From an uncultured candidate division Zixibacteria bacterium (GTDB lineage: Bacteria; Zixibacteria; MSB-5A5; UBA10806), in assembly GCA_963817915.1 (NCBI GenBank), contig CAWFQL010000016.1, positions 352,001-416,000 on the forward strand: 64,000 nucleotides of DNA. The letters are read 5' to 3'. Position 1 is the first letter of the stretch. Each line of letters begins with the position of its first letter. Shown here piece after piece: positions 10,001 through 19,922 of the stretch. Below the pieces are notes generated by a model. The model was not told where the DNA came from. It ran no database searches and saw nothing but the letters and a program-made list of their open reading frames with translations. Position numbers and translations under genes: made by a program.

Positions 10001-12480
10001 ATAGCAATACGGCCAAAATTGAATTGCCGATAAAAAGCGATTACGGACCTAATGTCTATATTTACGCCACTCTAATCAAATCGACTACATCTTTGGAGCG
10101 GTTTTCACCGGCCCGGGCATTTGGTATCGCGCCGATAATGGTAGATAATTCGAACGCGAAACTTGCGATTCAAATCGAATCGCCAACAGTAATCAAACCA
10201 CAGCAAAAGCTTGATATAAGAATTAAGACTAACATGAAAAAAGGCACAAAGCTTACGGTCGCTGCTGTCGACATGGGGATCCTAATGTTGACCGATTTCA
10301 GGACACCAGATCCATTCGATTTTTTCTATGGCAAGAAACGACCTGCCTTAAGGCCTTATGATATCTATTCCCTTATATTTCCTGACATCTCGGAATCGGA
10401 ATCAAAATTATCGCCTGCGGGCAGTGCCGCCTATGAGGCTGCCCGGAAAAGGCATCTAAATCCAATTTCCGCCAAAAGAGTAAAACCGGTGGCCTTATGG
10501 TCTGGGATAATTCAAACTGATACTGCGGGTAATGCCATGGTATCATTCGATGTACCGCAGTTTAACGGCAAATTGGCAATCATGGCAGTCGGATTCAATG
10601 GTTCGAAATGCGGCTCTTCGACTGAAGAAGTGACTGTCAGGGATAAAATTGTCATTCAGGAAAGCTTGCCTCGTTTCATCTCGCCATCTGATAGAATTAG
10701 CACACCGGTCGTAATCTTTAATAATACCGGTAAGGCCGATAGCTTCGCGGTGGCAATGAAGATCGATGGTCCGGCTGAATTGGTTTCAAAAGAGACCATC
10801 ACAATTTTTATTAAAGACAACTCAAAAGAGGTGGCTCAATTCATATTCAAAGCAAATCCCAAACCAGGCAAAGTAAAATTCGAAATAACAGCGACAAATG
10901 GGGTTGAAGTCTCTATGGAAAATGTCGAACTCGCCAACCGACCCGCAAAGCCATTGCTAACCGAACATGGCTCGGGGACGGTTAAGGAGGGAATCCCGGC
11001 GCGCATATCAATGGCCGATAAATGGCTTGAGGGCACATCGCAGTACGAACTGAAATTATCGTCGATGCCCGCGGTCAGATTATCTGGAAGCATTCAATAT
11101 TTGCTTGCCTATCCCTATGGTTGTATCGAACAAACAACATCAAGGCTTTTCCCGCTGCTATATTTCAATGATCTGGCCAAATTTGTGCAGCCCGATATTT
11201 TTGGCACCAAGGGTCAGGATTATTTTATCGGCGAAGGAATCATGAAGGTATCGGGCATGCAGCTGCCATCGGGAGAATTTGTTTATTGGCAGGGCGATAA
11301 CAAGGCCAACCCGTGGGCAAGTGTTTATTCGTCGCATTTCCTGGTCGAAGCCAGGAAGGCCGGATACGGAGTCAACGATGACATTTATGACAAGATGATA
11401 AAGAACCTTCAGAAAATGGCTAAAGATGCGAGTCTGGAAAATAATCAAGGCGTACTTAGAATATATGCCTCCTATGTGCTTGCCAAGGCAGGAAAACTCG
11501 ATAAAAGCGTTATCAATAATCTGAAATTACTAAATATTGAGCAATTGCCGGTTTGGTCGAGATTTCAGTTGGCCGCCGCAATTGCCTTGACCACTGGCGT
11601 AAATGACGCATTATGGCTGATTCCAGTCGAGATTCACCCATTGAAGTATGATCCTCAAACTGGTGAGTATCTTGATTCCGACATTCGCGCCAATGCTATA
11701 CTTCTCGATGTTTTAAGCGAAATAGCTCCAGACAACCCATCGGTGCCCGAATTAATTAAGGAAATTTCAGAAAAATTGTATTTAGGCGAATGGTACACTA
11801 CCCAAAGCAATTCCTGGGCATTGATGGCCCTAGGAAAATTTTTAAAGTCTCAGGAGCAGGCTGCTTATACAGGAATCATTATGGTAGATGGGAAAAAATA
11901 CGGCCAGTTCGGTATCGAGGATTTTAAAGTGAAAGACGCGTTGTTGGCAAATAGAAATATAGAAATAACAATCACAGGAAAAGGCACATGTTATTACTTC
12001 TGGCAGGCCAGCGGAGTCAGTATTGAAAAGGCAGTGAGAGAATTCGACAATCGAATGACTGTCCGCCGCGAATATCTCAACATTTACGGCAACCCCCTGG
12101 ATATAAACAATGTCAATCTTGGCGATCAGGTGGTTGTTAGGATTACTGCGGAGGCGAGAGATAAATATCTTGAAAATGTCGTTATTAATGATCTTTTGCC
12201 CGCTTGTTTTGAAATAGACAATCCCAGATTGCAGACAACAGGAAGAGTCGATATAACATCGGAGCCAAACTATTATGCCTCATACACCGATATTCGCGAT
12301 GATCGATTGCTTCTCTTCGTAAATCTGAGACCGGGAGACAAGTTTACATATAAATATGCCCTAAGAGCGGTATCGAGCGGCGAATTTATGGTTCCTCCAA
12401 TCGCCGGTGAATGTATGTATGACCCCACAATCGCTAGCGCGGCGTCATCTGGATTTATATCGGTGAATGAAGGACGGTAG
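7081..12480 (+). CDS. Bacterial alpha-2-macroglobulin (YfhM/MG2 family)
   Basis: 1799 aa; YSDRGVYRPGETV MG2 motif; thioester motif YPYGCIEQT; DIRDDR motif; adjacent to pbpC. Confidence 0.95.
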   Translation: MNRFLKSFFYPKGLIGGMIVLCLLTAAGMVAVLMAQQPQDKPDYDVRVTSFWPSEYLPVRQATSIIVKFSRDMMPDDSLNLLTADIPLELNPPISGLARWIDNDKLEFMPDSMFAPSTEYKINIKSDRTYLYGNRINEPQIFTFRTPTLIVQSVNTEIVNVPEPKFYDQLIIHLIFNYKVDPQTLVEHLYSNLKGPNGPIDFEIKDTSPAAELTLVSTPFKPQEVNGEFDFTVTKDLQCVGGQIPLQADFKQKIRIPKPVPLVINQVTAEAAGQYGRIVIYLSQSTSLSEAGDFISISPETDFTINQNWDRIELNGNFKPREAYTVNIRAGLRALNGQSLDRDFSSKVETGDLYPLIRFIDDGQYMSKKSRQILAIETTNIDELSIEVEQIFVNNIVYYLGDYGRDISRVGRRIFFKEFKLPESKNIPLVSTFDIGDIVGDSLRGIYKVSVREKTQRWTYAEKQVMISDLGIMSRLSDNYLMVWVNSLSSITPVSKADVALISRNNQVLLSGKTDSRGIVVFENIAEKMAGFEPYLITVGKDNDLSYLNFNECMIYTSDFDVDGRQYLTKGYEAFLYSDRGVYRPGETVHLVSVLRGVNNTVPQEFPYIVSIKDPQGRSFNDYKLTTKDQAISGLDIDLPSFAKTGGYRVEAKIGEDVIGTYNFQVEEFMPDRIKATLTTDKDSYISGDEVRISVNGVFLFGPPCAGNNVNGHITIESDYFSPRQWSGYSFSNSDIDFAAIQVDLPSDSLDDAGNHIYNYRISSNLKPPSSLKMMISGTVQEEGGRAVSAYKSVKVNPYMKYLGIKTGNEGYAKIGETSSFNIVAVDSDGNLTAIDSAWVKFYHIIYQNIVRRDQHGIFRYVSEPKDQIVDSTFVSISNSPAIATFTPQQYGEYKAKVVSNRTSHTAVLNFYAAGWGYSSWSMANPDKIELQLDKKTYKVGDKAKLLVKAPFEGKLLLTIEKEKILEFKTIDMDSNTAKIELPIKSDYGPNVYIYATLIKSTTSLERFSPARAFGIAPIMVDNSNAKLAIQIESPTVIKPQQKLDIRIKTNMKKGTKLTVAAVDMGILMLTDFRTPDPFDFFYGKKRPALRPYDIYSLIFPDISESESKLSPAGSAAYEAARKRHLNPISAKRVKPVALWSGIIQTDTAGNAMVSFDVPQFNGKLAIMAVGFNGSKCGSSTEEVTVRDKIVIQESLPRFISPSDRISTPVVIFNNTGKADSFAVAMKIDGPAELVSKETITIFIKDNSKEVAQFIFKANPKPGKVKFEITATNGVEVSMENVELANRPAKPLLTEHGSGTVKEGIPARISMADKWLEGTSQYELKLSSMPAVRLSGSIQYLLAYPYGCIEQTTSRLFPLLYFNDLAKFVQPDIFGTKGQDYFIGEGIMKVSGMQLPSGEFVYWQGDNKANPWASVYSSHFLVEARKAGYGVNDDIYDKMIKNLQKMAKDASLENNQGVLRIYASYVLAKAGKLDKSVINNLKLLNIEQLPVWSRFQLAAAIALTTGVNDALWLIPVEIHPLKYDPQTGEYLDSDIRANAILLDVLSEIAPDNPSVPELIKEISEKLYLGEWYTTQSNSWALMALGKFLKSQEQAAYTGIIMVDGKKYGQFGIEDFKVKDALLANRNIEITITGKGTCYYFWQASGVSIEKAVREFDNRMTVRREYLNIYGNPLDINNVNLGDQVVVRITAEARDKYLENVVINDLLPACFEIDNPRLQTTGRVDITSEPNYYASYTDIRDDRLLLFVNLRPGDKFTYKYALRAVSSGEFMVPPIAGECMYDPTIASAASSGFISVNEGR

Positions 12481-12496
12481 ACGCGGGGATTATAAA

Positions 12497-14818
12497 ATGA
12501 AATTCGCTAAATTGACAAAACGAAATTATCTAAAGTCACTGGCAATCATCGCGGGAATCATCCTTTCGATGGTTATCGTTGATAGATACATATTCCCCTT
12601 GCCGAAAGATCAGATTTTTAGGCCATCGTCTGTCTTTGTTTACAGCCGCGACAGGCATTTGATGAGATGCTCGATTGCGTCTGATAGCTATTGGCGAAAA
12701 CCGGTCAAATTAATCGATATCTCGCCGTTGCTCAAAAAAAGCGTATTGGCCTGCGAGGATAGGTGGTTCTATTATCATCCGGGCGTGAATCTTTATTCGT
12801 TATTCTCGGCGGCTATCGACAATATAAAAGCCGGAAAACGAGTCAGGGGTGGTTCGACTATCACCATGCAGATCGCCCGCATGATGGAACCCAAATCCAG
12901 AACCATTCAATCGAAATTAATTGAAGTTCTGCGAGCCATACAGCTTGAATCACACTTTTCAAAAAATGAATTATTGGAAATTTACTTTAATATGGCTCCT
13001 TACGGAGGAAATATCGAGGGGGTCGGCGCTGCCGCATATTTCTACTTCGAAAAATCGCCTAAGGAATTAACAGCGTCGCAAGCCGCGCTTCTCGTGTCGG
13101 TGCCAAATTCCCCAACTACGCTGCGACCGGACATCAATATCATGAAAAGCATCAGGGCGCGAGATAAGGTTTTAGGCGTAATGCTTGCAAGGAATATAAT
13201 CTCGAAAGATAAATACAATGAGGCCCTGGCCGAGGAAATTCGCGCGAAAAAAACAGAACCGCCTTTGATAGCGCCCCATTTTACCCGCGATCTGGCATTA
13301 AAGTATCCCTACAAAACTGAGATTGTCTCAACCATCGATTTGAAAATTCAGAACATTTGCGATCAGATCATTCGAAACGCGCGCAATGATCTCCAGGCAA
13401 AAGGAATTTACAATGCCGCGGTAATAGTCATAAAAAATTCAACCGCCGAGGTATTGGCGCTGGTAGGCTCTTCTAATTTCAATGATATTCCACATCAGGG
13501 GCAGGTAAATGGCGCTACATCACCCAGATCGCCGGGCTCCGCCTTGAAACCATTTGTCTACGCGATGGCTATGGATAAGGGACTGATTTCCCCCAATATG
13601 GTAGTAGAGGATTTGCCGGTATATTTTTCCGGATATTCTCCGGAAAATTATGACAAGCAATTCAGAGGTGCGGTCTCCGCTGCCGAGGCCTTGAGGTTAT
13701 CGCTCAATGTCCCCGCCGTTAACCTGACTTCTCAAGTAGGCTATCGGGAAATGATCCGACATTTAAAAGTCGGCGGAATTAAATCGTTTAATCGCAAGGA
13801 AAGTGATTACGGGCTATCGTTGATTTTGGGTGCCTGCGAAATTAAACTTATTGAACTTTGTAATCTTTATAGCTCATTTACCAGAGGAGGCATATTCATT
13901 CCATATAGAAGCGAGCTTTCAGCTATTGTGCCGGATTCTGCAAAATTATTCTCACCTGCGACTTCATATATTATTTCTGATATTTTAAGCGGGTTGCAGA
14001 GGCCGGATTTCCCTGCCAGTTGGGAATTTTCTCCTAATATCCCAAAGGTAGCCTGGAAAACCGGAACGTCATACGGCCGCAAAGATGCCTGGTCGATCGG
14101 TTACGATCCCGAATACACAATCGGTGTATGGGTAGGAAATTTCAACGGCGAAGCTTCGCCTAATCTGGCCGGCGCCGAGGTGGCTGCCCCGATTCTTTTC
14201 GAAATATTTAATTCAATAGGGAGTTCTTTTTCATGGTTCTCGCCACCAAGCGATGTAGGTATCAGACAGGTCTGCAGCGTCAGCGGCAGACCGCCCAATG
14301 ATTTCTGCCAAGTGAAAATCGAAGAGTTATTTATACCCGGTGTTTCCCCCGAATTAAAATGCGATATTCATAAGGAAATCCCGGTTGATTCAGTTTCGGG
14401 AGCAAGATTATGTCGCTATTGCTCTAGCGGGAAAAGGGCCATTGGCAAAATTTATGAAGACTGGCCGGCAAAAGTAGCGACCTGGCTGGAGAAATCTGGC
14501 CACGCAATAGCCTCAATTCCCGAACACGATCCCGATTGTAACGGTATTTCCGCTGATAGCAAACCAGTTATCACATCGCCGAATAACGATGTTGTCTACA
14601 TTATTCGACATCATATACCGTTGGAGCAACAAGGGATATTATTGGACGCATCGGTATCCTCAAAATCCGGGAAAATATTCTGGTTCATCGATGGAGAGTT
14701 AATAGGCAATGTTAAGGCAGGAATGCCGCTATTTTACCTTCCCGTTACAGGCGTTCATAACGTAACCGCTACTGACAGCGAAGGAAAATCGTCGTCAATA
14801 AAAATAAATATCCAGTAA
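12497..14818 (+). CDS. pbpC: Penicillin-binding protein 1C
   Basis: Transglycosylase motifs EDRWFYYHPG and GGSTITMQ; transpeptidase SALK, SLN and KTGT; C-terminal WFIDG domain; typical A2M-pbpC pairing. Confidence 0.95.
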   Translation: MKFAKLTKRNYLKSLAIIAGIILSMVIVDRYIFPLPKDQIFRPSSVFVYSRDRHLMRCSIASDSYWRKPVKLIDISPLLKKSVLACEDRWFYYHPGVNLYSLFSAAIDNIKAGKRVRGGSTITMQIARMMEPKSRTIQSKLIEVLRAIQLESHFSKNELLEIYFNMAPYGGNIEGVGAAAYFYFEKSPKELTASQAALLVSVPNSPTTLRPDINIMKSIRARDKVLGVMLARNIISKDKYNEALAEEIRAKKTEPPLIAPHFTRDLALKYPYKTEIVSTIDLKIQNICDQIIRNARNDLQAKGIYNAAVIVIKNSTAEVLALVGSSNFNDIPHQGQVNGATSPRSPGSALKPFVYAMAMDKGLISPNMVVEDLPVYFSGYSPENYDKQFRGAVSAAEALRLSLNVPAVNLTSQVGYREMIRHLKVGGIKSFNRKESDYGLSLILGACEIKLIELCNLYSSFTRGGIFIPYRSELSAIVPDSAKLFSPATSYIISDILSGLQRPDFPASWEFSPNIPKVAWKTGTSYGRKDAWSIGYDPEYTIGVWVGNFNGEASPNLAGAEVAAPILFEIFNSIGSSFSWFSPPSDVGIRQVCSVSGRPPNDFCQVKIEELFIPGVSPELKCDIHKEIPVDSVSGARLCRYCSSGKRAIGKIYEDWPAKVATWLEKSGHAIASIPEHDPDCNGISADSKPVITSPNNDVVYIIRHHIPLEQQGILLDASVSSKSGKIFWFIDGELIGNVKAGMPLFYLPVTGVHNVTATDSEGKSSSIKINIQ

Positions 14819-14847
14819 ACTAACTTATTTGGATTCCTTGAAAAACA

Positions 14848-14887
14848 ATTAGCGGCGCAGGGATTCGAACCTTAGATATGGAAATGA
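14848..14887 (-). repeat. Second decayed copy of tRNA-Met 3' end (att-like site)
   Basis: 24 nt identical to 19666..19689 (ATTAGCGGCGCAGGGATTCGAACC), then similarity continues with mostly transition differences. Confidence 0.8.
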
Positions 14888-14992
14888 CTGCAAAAAGTTC
14901 GAAAGCTGTCAATAGCTTCCGTTAATCTGACTTGATAGCATTATTTCGAAAACAATGTAATTGCGGAAAAGCAATAAAAAGGCCGCGTTAAA

Positions 14993-16629
14993 CTATAAAT
15001 TTCTTTTAATTATTATCATTGTAATATCATCACTAGCCTCTGGAGATTGACCCAGAAACTCATTAATCTTACCGGTTAAAGATTCAGAGAGAGATTTCGC
15101 ATCCTGATTCGATTTTAAGAACTCGATCATTCTATCCTCGCCATATTGTTCGCCTTTGTCGTTGGTCGCCTCAGAAATGCCGTCAGTATAGATAAATAAC
15201 AGATCTCCCCGGTCCAAATCTATCGACATCTCATCCCAAACAGCTTTCCCTAATATTCCTATTGGTATGCCTGTAGATTTTAGAGATTCTATTTTGCCGT
15301 CTGCCCGCAGGAGAATGGGCGAGTTATGACCGGCATTGATATAATTAAATCTGCCAGTTTCAGGATCAAGAATCCCTACAAAGAGCGTAGCGAAATCTCC
15401 GGGCCTGCTGTGGCTTCGAAGCTGTTCTGATACCATTGATACAGAATTGCGCATTTCAAACCGGTCAGTATTATAGAGTATCCTAAACGATGCGAGAATA
15501 TTTGAGGCCAGAAGGGCGGCGCTGGTTCCCTTACCCGAAACATCTGCCATTAGAAAAAGAATTTTCCCATCTTTAAGTTGTGCTACATCATAAAGATCGC
15601 CCCCAACAGAAAGACATTGCTCCTGCAGGGCATCAAAAAAATATCCCTTTATATCAGGCATTTTTTCGGGAAGCAATTGTCGTTGAATTTTTGATGCCAG
15701 GGCAAGCTCAGCCTCATAGACTTCCTTGGCGCGTCTTTCCTTAAGAAGCTGATAATTGTTGATCTTGGCCGCCAGAATATTGCTGAAAGTTACTGCCACC
15801 ATAAGAATCTCTTCGCTAAAACCGGAGGTTGGCGACAATGAATCAGCGTATAATATCCCCAATACTTTGTCCTCATCAAAAAGCGGCACCGCGATTATAG
15901 ATTGCGCTCCCGAAATCATTATAGATTCTCTGTTGTGGAAATTGCTGTCGAGTCGGAGATTCGGTATAAGTATCGCGCTTCTTTCATCTATTATTTTTTT
16001 TATGATTGTTCGAGAAAGCCTGAATAGTTCATCGCTCTTTTTGATTTTATTAAATCTACTGGCCAATGTCAGGTTATCAGAACTATCCGCTATAAAGTAA
16101 ATCGCCAAACGATCGGCGGGAATGATTTCGGAAAGCATCCCGAGAGCCCGATCATACATTTCATTATCTAGCCCTGGCACTACCAGCATCTTGCCTATCT
16201 CAGAAAAAACCGATAGGGTCCTGGGGTTATCAATGAACATTACGTGACAATGGCCGAGACTGGTTCCCAAGAGGCACAATAGAAACGTTGTGTCAAATCA
16301 ACCTCATCTGATCTATCGTCGTTTTCATAAAGGCTTTTGGGCTTATCGGTAAGAATTCGGAATTGGACTTTGCCAAACCAGATTTCATCATTTTCATTCA
16401 AATATACAAAATCATTTATTTTCTCGCCATTGACAGTAGTGCCGTTATGGCTCCCTAAATCTCTCAATTTTATACTGGAGTCATCCGCGATAATTTCGGC
16501 GTGTCTCCTGGAAATTGTTGTATCATTTATAAAATATTCGGATTCGGGATTTCTTCCGATAATATATTTGCCCGGTAATAACGGCCATCTATATGGCGTA
16601 TTTTTTATAATGCTTGCCAAAATCAGCAT
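14993..16629 (-). CDS. FHA + GAF + PP2C (SpoIIE/RsbU-type) phosphatase, split by an apparent frameshift near 16240-16300
   Basis: ORF 16240..16629 has FHA motifs (IGR, SRRHA, DLGSHNGT); ORF 14993..16279 has GAF plus GGDLYD, DVSGKG, YTDG and DDIT motifs. Confidence 0.85.
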
Positions 16630-16713
16630 ATCAAAATCACCCAGATATTATTAATACTTGAAATTTTCTTTTTGGGGCCTTATGAGGGTTTGTATTACAA
16701 TCAAGAATTATTT

Positions 16714-19299
16714 TTACCCCTTTGGCTTAATAAACTCAATGAATGGTGGATAATCCCAAAGCGACTCGAAGTCAGGATCCGTGTGTATGGAAGAATCAAA
16801 TTCATACCCCTGCAGGACAGCTTCTTTCAAGAGCGAGACCGCCTGATCCTTCTCACCGAGAATAGCTAAGATTCGCGCGCGCAGGAAAGTGTTTCCTCCA
16901 AGCAGATATGGCGTTTTCAGATTTTTCAGCCAATCGGAGACCTCCAGCGCTGTTTGTCTATCTCCTTGCCGAGCAGCGATCTGGCCAAGGTATCCTCTAT
17001 AATTAAAATTGTCGGGAAATTCTTTTTCGAGCTGCTTGAAGATGTTTTTTGCCTTGTCCCAATGGTGAGCGTTATATAGAGTCACCGCAAGCCCAAAGCG
17101 TAGTCGCTTTTCTTCGTCCTTTGGTCGACTTTCGTACCACTGAATAGATTGATCATACATTGTCGCGGCATCGTCTTTGTAACCATGCGCGTTCAGCTCC
17201 ACGGCGGCAATCCGAGCCGTACCGCCCGGCGTCCCCAAGAATGGTGCACTTGTTGAGTATAGAGATTTGCTTTCTTCTATCAATTTTCTGATTTCGTCGA
17301 CTCTGCCAAGCGCCGCCAAGGCCATAATTTCGGCGTTAACTGTTCGAATGTGAGTTGGAAACTGTTTTCGGCCCTCTATAGCCGCATCGAGTTCCCTTTC
17401 GTGATCCCCAAGAGCATGATAGGCCGCGGCCACCATTGGCCAGTAAGGGACCCAAAATTGCGCCCACCCTATTCTGGGATTTACGGTCTTGAAAGCTTCA
17501 ATGGCTTCCTGCGGACGATTAAAATGAAGCGCTTGATATCCCCATCCATACGAGGCATGGGACCCGGGCGCTAGCTTAGCAAGTTTTCGGGAATCATCAA
17601 GTGCTTTTGCCTGATTGCCCAGGAGCAAAGTCCTCCAAATATCAACTGCCAGTATTTGGGGAAGGGCAAGGCGCGTACGGCGTATATTGAGGAATTGAGC
17701 AAGAGAATCTTCTTCTGCGAGCCGACCAAGGTTATAATATGCTATGGTTGACTCGACAAGCGGCTCAAAGAAAGTTGTATCAATTGTATAAGCTCGACTA
17801 AAATGCTCTATTGCTTTTGCCCAATTGTTCCGAGTATGAAATTCATCAAACCCCAGCATATATTCTTGATATGCTTCATACGTTGGTGGTTTCGATCCTT
17901 CTGTGAGAGTTCCCAATAATCTTTCGTCCAAGACAACAGCAAGCACTCCCATTATTCGCTGGCGCAAAGCTCCTATCGCATTCATCACCTCCGAAGTTGG
18001 GAAGCATACCGGCTCAATCGCCTGAAGAAGCTTTTCATTGGCGTCAACAACCTGAGCTTGAATCTGAAGGCTATCACCAAGTCGGTAATAGGAGCCAATT
18101 ACCAGAATTTGTGCACCGGTAGCGCTAACGATCGATTTGACTCCACTCTTCGGATCTATTCCAGATAACACTTCGGTAGGGACAATTTCAGCCAAGCCTG
18201 TCTGAAGGAGACTCTGGTTGGTCCAATCTGCCATCATCAGCCCTAGATTGTTTAATGTCGAATCTCCGGTTTGATTTCTGAAGGGAACCACCACTATTTT
18301 CTTGGTACCCGACGTAGCTTTGTCTGCCGACTTATCAATAAATGTCCATGGCTTAAAAACCAATATTGCTGCTAATATGCCAAGCGATGCAATTAGAGGT
18401 ACTAGAACTCGGCGCTTGAGTCTTAACGAGCTTTGCGGAAGATCTACTGTTGAAATCAGGTATTTCAGATCCGCCAATAGATCCTCAGCATGCTGGTAGC
18501 GCAGATTCTTGTCTTTGATTAAAGCTTTGCCAATGATCCTTTGAAGTTCATCTGGAACGCTATTCTTATACCGAGCCAAAGGTTCGGGAATTGTATCAAT
18601 GATATTCTTGATCGTCGCAATTTCAGAATCGGCTTTAAAGGGAGATTTGCCGGTAATCATTTCATAAAGGATAACACCAAAGGAAAACAAGTCTGACCGA
18701 GCATCGACTTCTTCGCCTCGTGCTTGTTCTGGTGACATATAACCGACTGTGCCCAATGTTGTGCCCGTTTTCGTGAGCTGTTCGTTGCCATGCACTGATG
18801 CCAGTCCAAAATCTACGATCTTTGCTCGACCATCCCGGTCGATTAGAATATTGGATGGTTTTATATCACGGTGAACAACTCCAGCCGAATGTGCTTTGGC
18901 AAGTCCTTCGCAGATCTGTATAGCAAGTTCGATAATACTGCTGAGCGGGAGGTCCTTTCCTTTGCTGAATTCACGAAGAGTCTGTCCTTCTACATTCTCC
19001 ATGGCAAAAAACGGTCTGCCATTGAATTCGCTGACTTCAAAGATTGTAACAATGTTTGGATGGCTTAGTTTAGCCGTCGCTTGGGCCTCACGCTTGAACC
19101 GTGCACGACAGACGGCATCCTGATATAAATGAAGAGGAAGAAACTTAAGCGCGACTTTCCGATTAAGTTCGGTATCTTCAGCCAAGTATACTTCCCCCAT
19201 CCCTCCTGCACCGATCTTCTCGATAATCCTGTAGCGCAGGACCATCGTACCGCTGTTGAGTGTCACGTGGGTCTGGGTCTTATCGTTGTCAGGTGTCAT
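16714..19299 (-). CDS. Hanks-type Ser/Thr protein kinase with TM segment and TolB-like/TPR C-terminal region
   Basis: GAGGMGEVY, VALK, HRDIKPSN, DFG and YMSPEQ motifs; hydrophobic segment; TPR-like helices. Confidence 0.95.
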   Translation of the reverse strand: MTPDNDKTQTHVTLNSGTMVLRYRIIEKIGAGGMGEVYLAEDTELNRKVALKFLPLHLYQDAVCRARFKREAQATAKLSHPNIVTIFEVSEFNGRPFFAMENVEGQTLREFSKGKDLPLSSIIELAIQICEGLAKAHSAGVVHRDIKPSNILIDRDGRAKIVDFGLASVHGNEQLTKTGTTLGTVGYMSPEQARGEEVDARSDLFSFGVILYEMITGKSPFKADSEIATIKNIIDTIPEPLARYKNSVPDELQRIIGKALIKDKNLRYQHAEDLLADLKYLISTVDLPQSSLRLKRRVLVPLIASLGILAAILVFKPWTFIDKSADKATSGTKKIVVVPFRNQTGDSTLNNLGLMMADWTNQSLLQTGLAEIVPTEVLSGIDPKSGVKSIVSATGAQILVIGSYYRLGDSLQIQAQVVDANEKLLQAIEPVCFPTSEVMNAIGALRQRIMGVLAVVLDERLLGTLTEGSKPPTYEAYQEYMLGFDEFHTRNNWAKAIEHFSRAYTIDTTFFEPLVESTIAYYNLGRLAEEDSLAQFLNIRRTRLALPQILAVDIWRTLLLGNQAKALDDSRKLAKLAPGSHASYGWGYQALHFNRPQEAIEAFKTVNPRIGWAQFWVPYWPMVAAAYHALGDHERELDAAIEGRKQFPTHIRTVNAEIMALAALGRVDEIRKLIEESKSLYSTSAPFLGTPGGTARIAAVELNAHGYKDDAATMYDQSIQWYESRPKDEEKRLRFGLAVTLYNAHHWDKAKNIFKQLEKEFPDNFNYRGYLGQIAARQGDRQTALEVSDWLKNLKTPYLLGGNTFLRARILAILGEKDQAVSLLKEAVLQGYEFDSSIHTDPDFESLWDYPPFIEFIKPKG

Positions 19300-19667
19300 A
19301 TATAGGCAAATCAATATTTAATTGTGAATCAAAAACAAACAGATCGTACATTTCGGTATTGTCTCCGACAATTCTAATCGCAGAATAACGAATTGTGTTG
19401 CCATCCGCTTTCCTCAATATAGAAAACTCAAGCACTATTCTCTCATATTCTATCCGGAATCCCATCCGTACGGCCCAAATGCTGCCACAGGGAATATATA
19501 CAACAAAATGGACCAATCGCAAATTGGAAATGCAATCTCATAATTTAAAAATACATTATGTCCATACAAGTCTGAAGACTTACGATTGAAAATAACATGG
19601 TTGTCGTCCCATTGTTTTCTTGGAAAATATGTCCTTTGCCGACATCGTATAAATCAATGATAGATAT

Positions 19668-19741
19668 TAGCGGCGCAGGGATTCGAACCCCGGACACGAG
19701 GATTATGATTCCTCTGCTCTAACCAGCTGAGCTACGCCGCC
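19668..19741 (-). tRNA. tRNA-Met (CAT), probably elongator; CCA not encoded
   Basis: GGCGGCG-TAGCTCAGCTGGTTAGAGC-A-GAGGA-ATCATAA-TCCTC...GGTTCGAATCC...CGCCGCT-A cloverleaf. Confidence 0.95.
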
Positions 19742-19887
19742 ATCCAATACAAAATCGAATCCTGTCTCGAATTCGACAAGCCTAAATTTATCCCGACATC
19801 TACTATTGTCAAGCGGAAACTATGACATCCTCAATTATATGATTTTTTGCCGTGTTTCGAAGGCGATAAGATGTGTCAGCTTATATA

Positions 19888-19916
19888 TTGACATAGTAAT
19901 CCGCTTAAAATAATAT
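19888..19916 (+). promoter_or_regulatory. Sigma70-type promoter of nnr, likely leaderless transcript
   Basis: TTGACA-17 nt-TAATAT, with ATG 6 nt after the -10 box and no SD. Confidence 0.55.
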
Positions 19917-19922
19917 ACTGTC

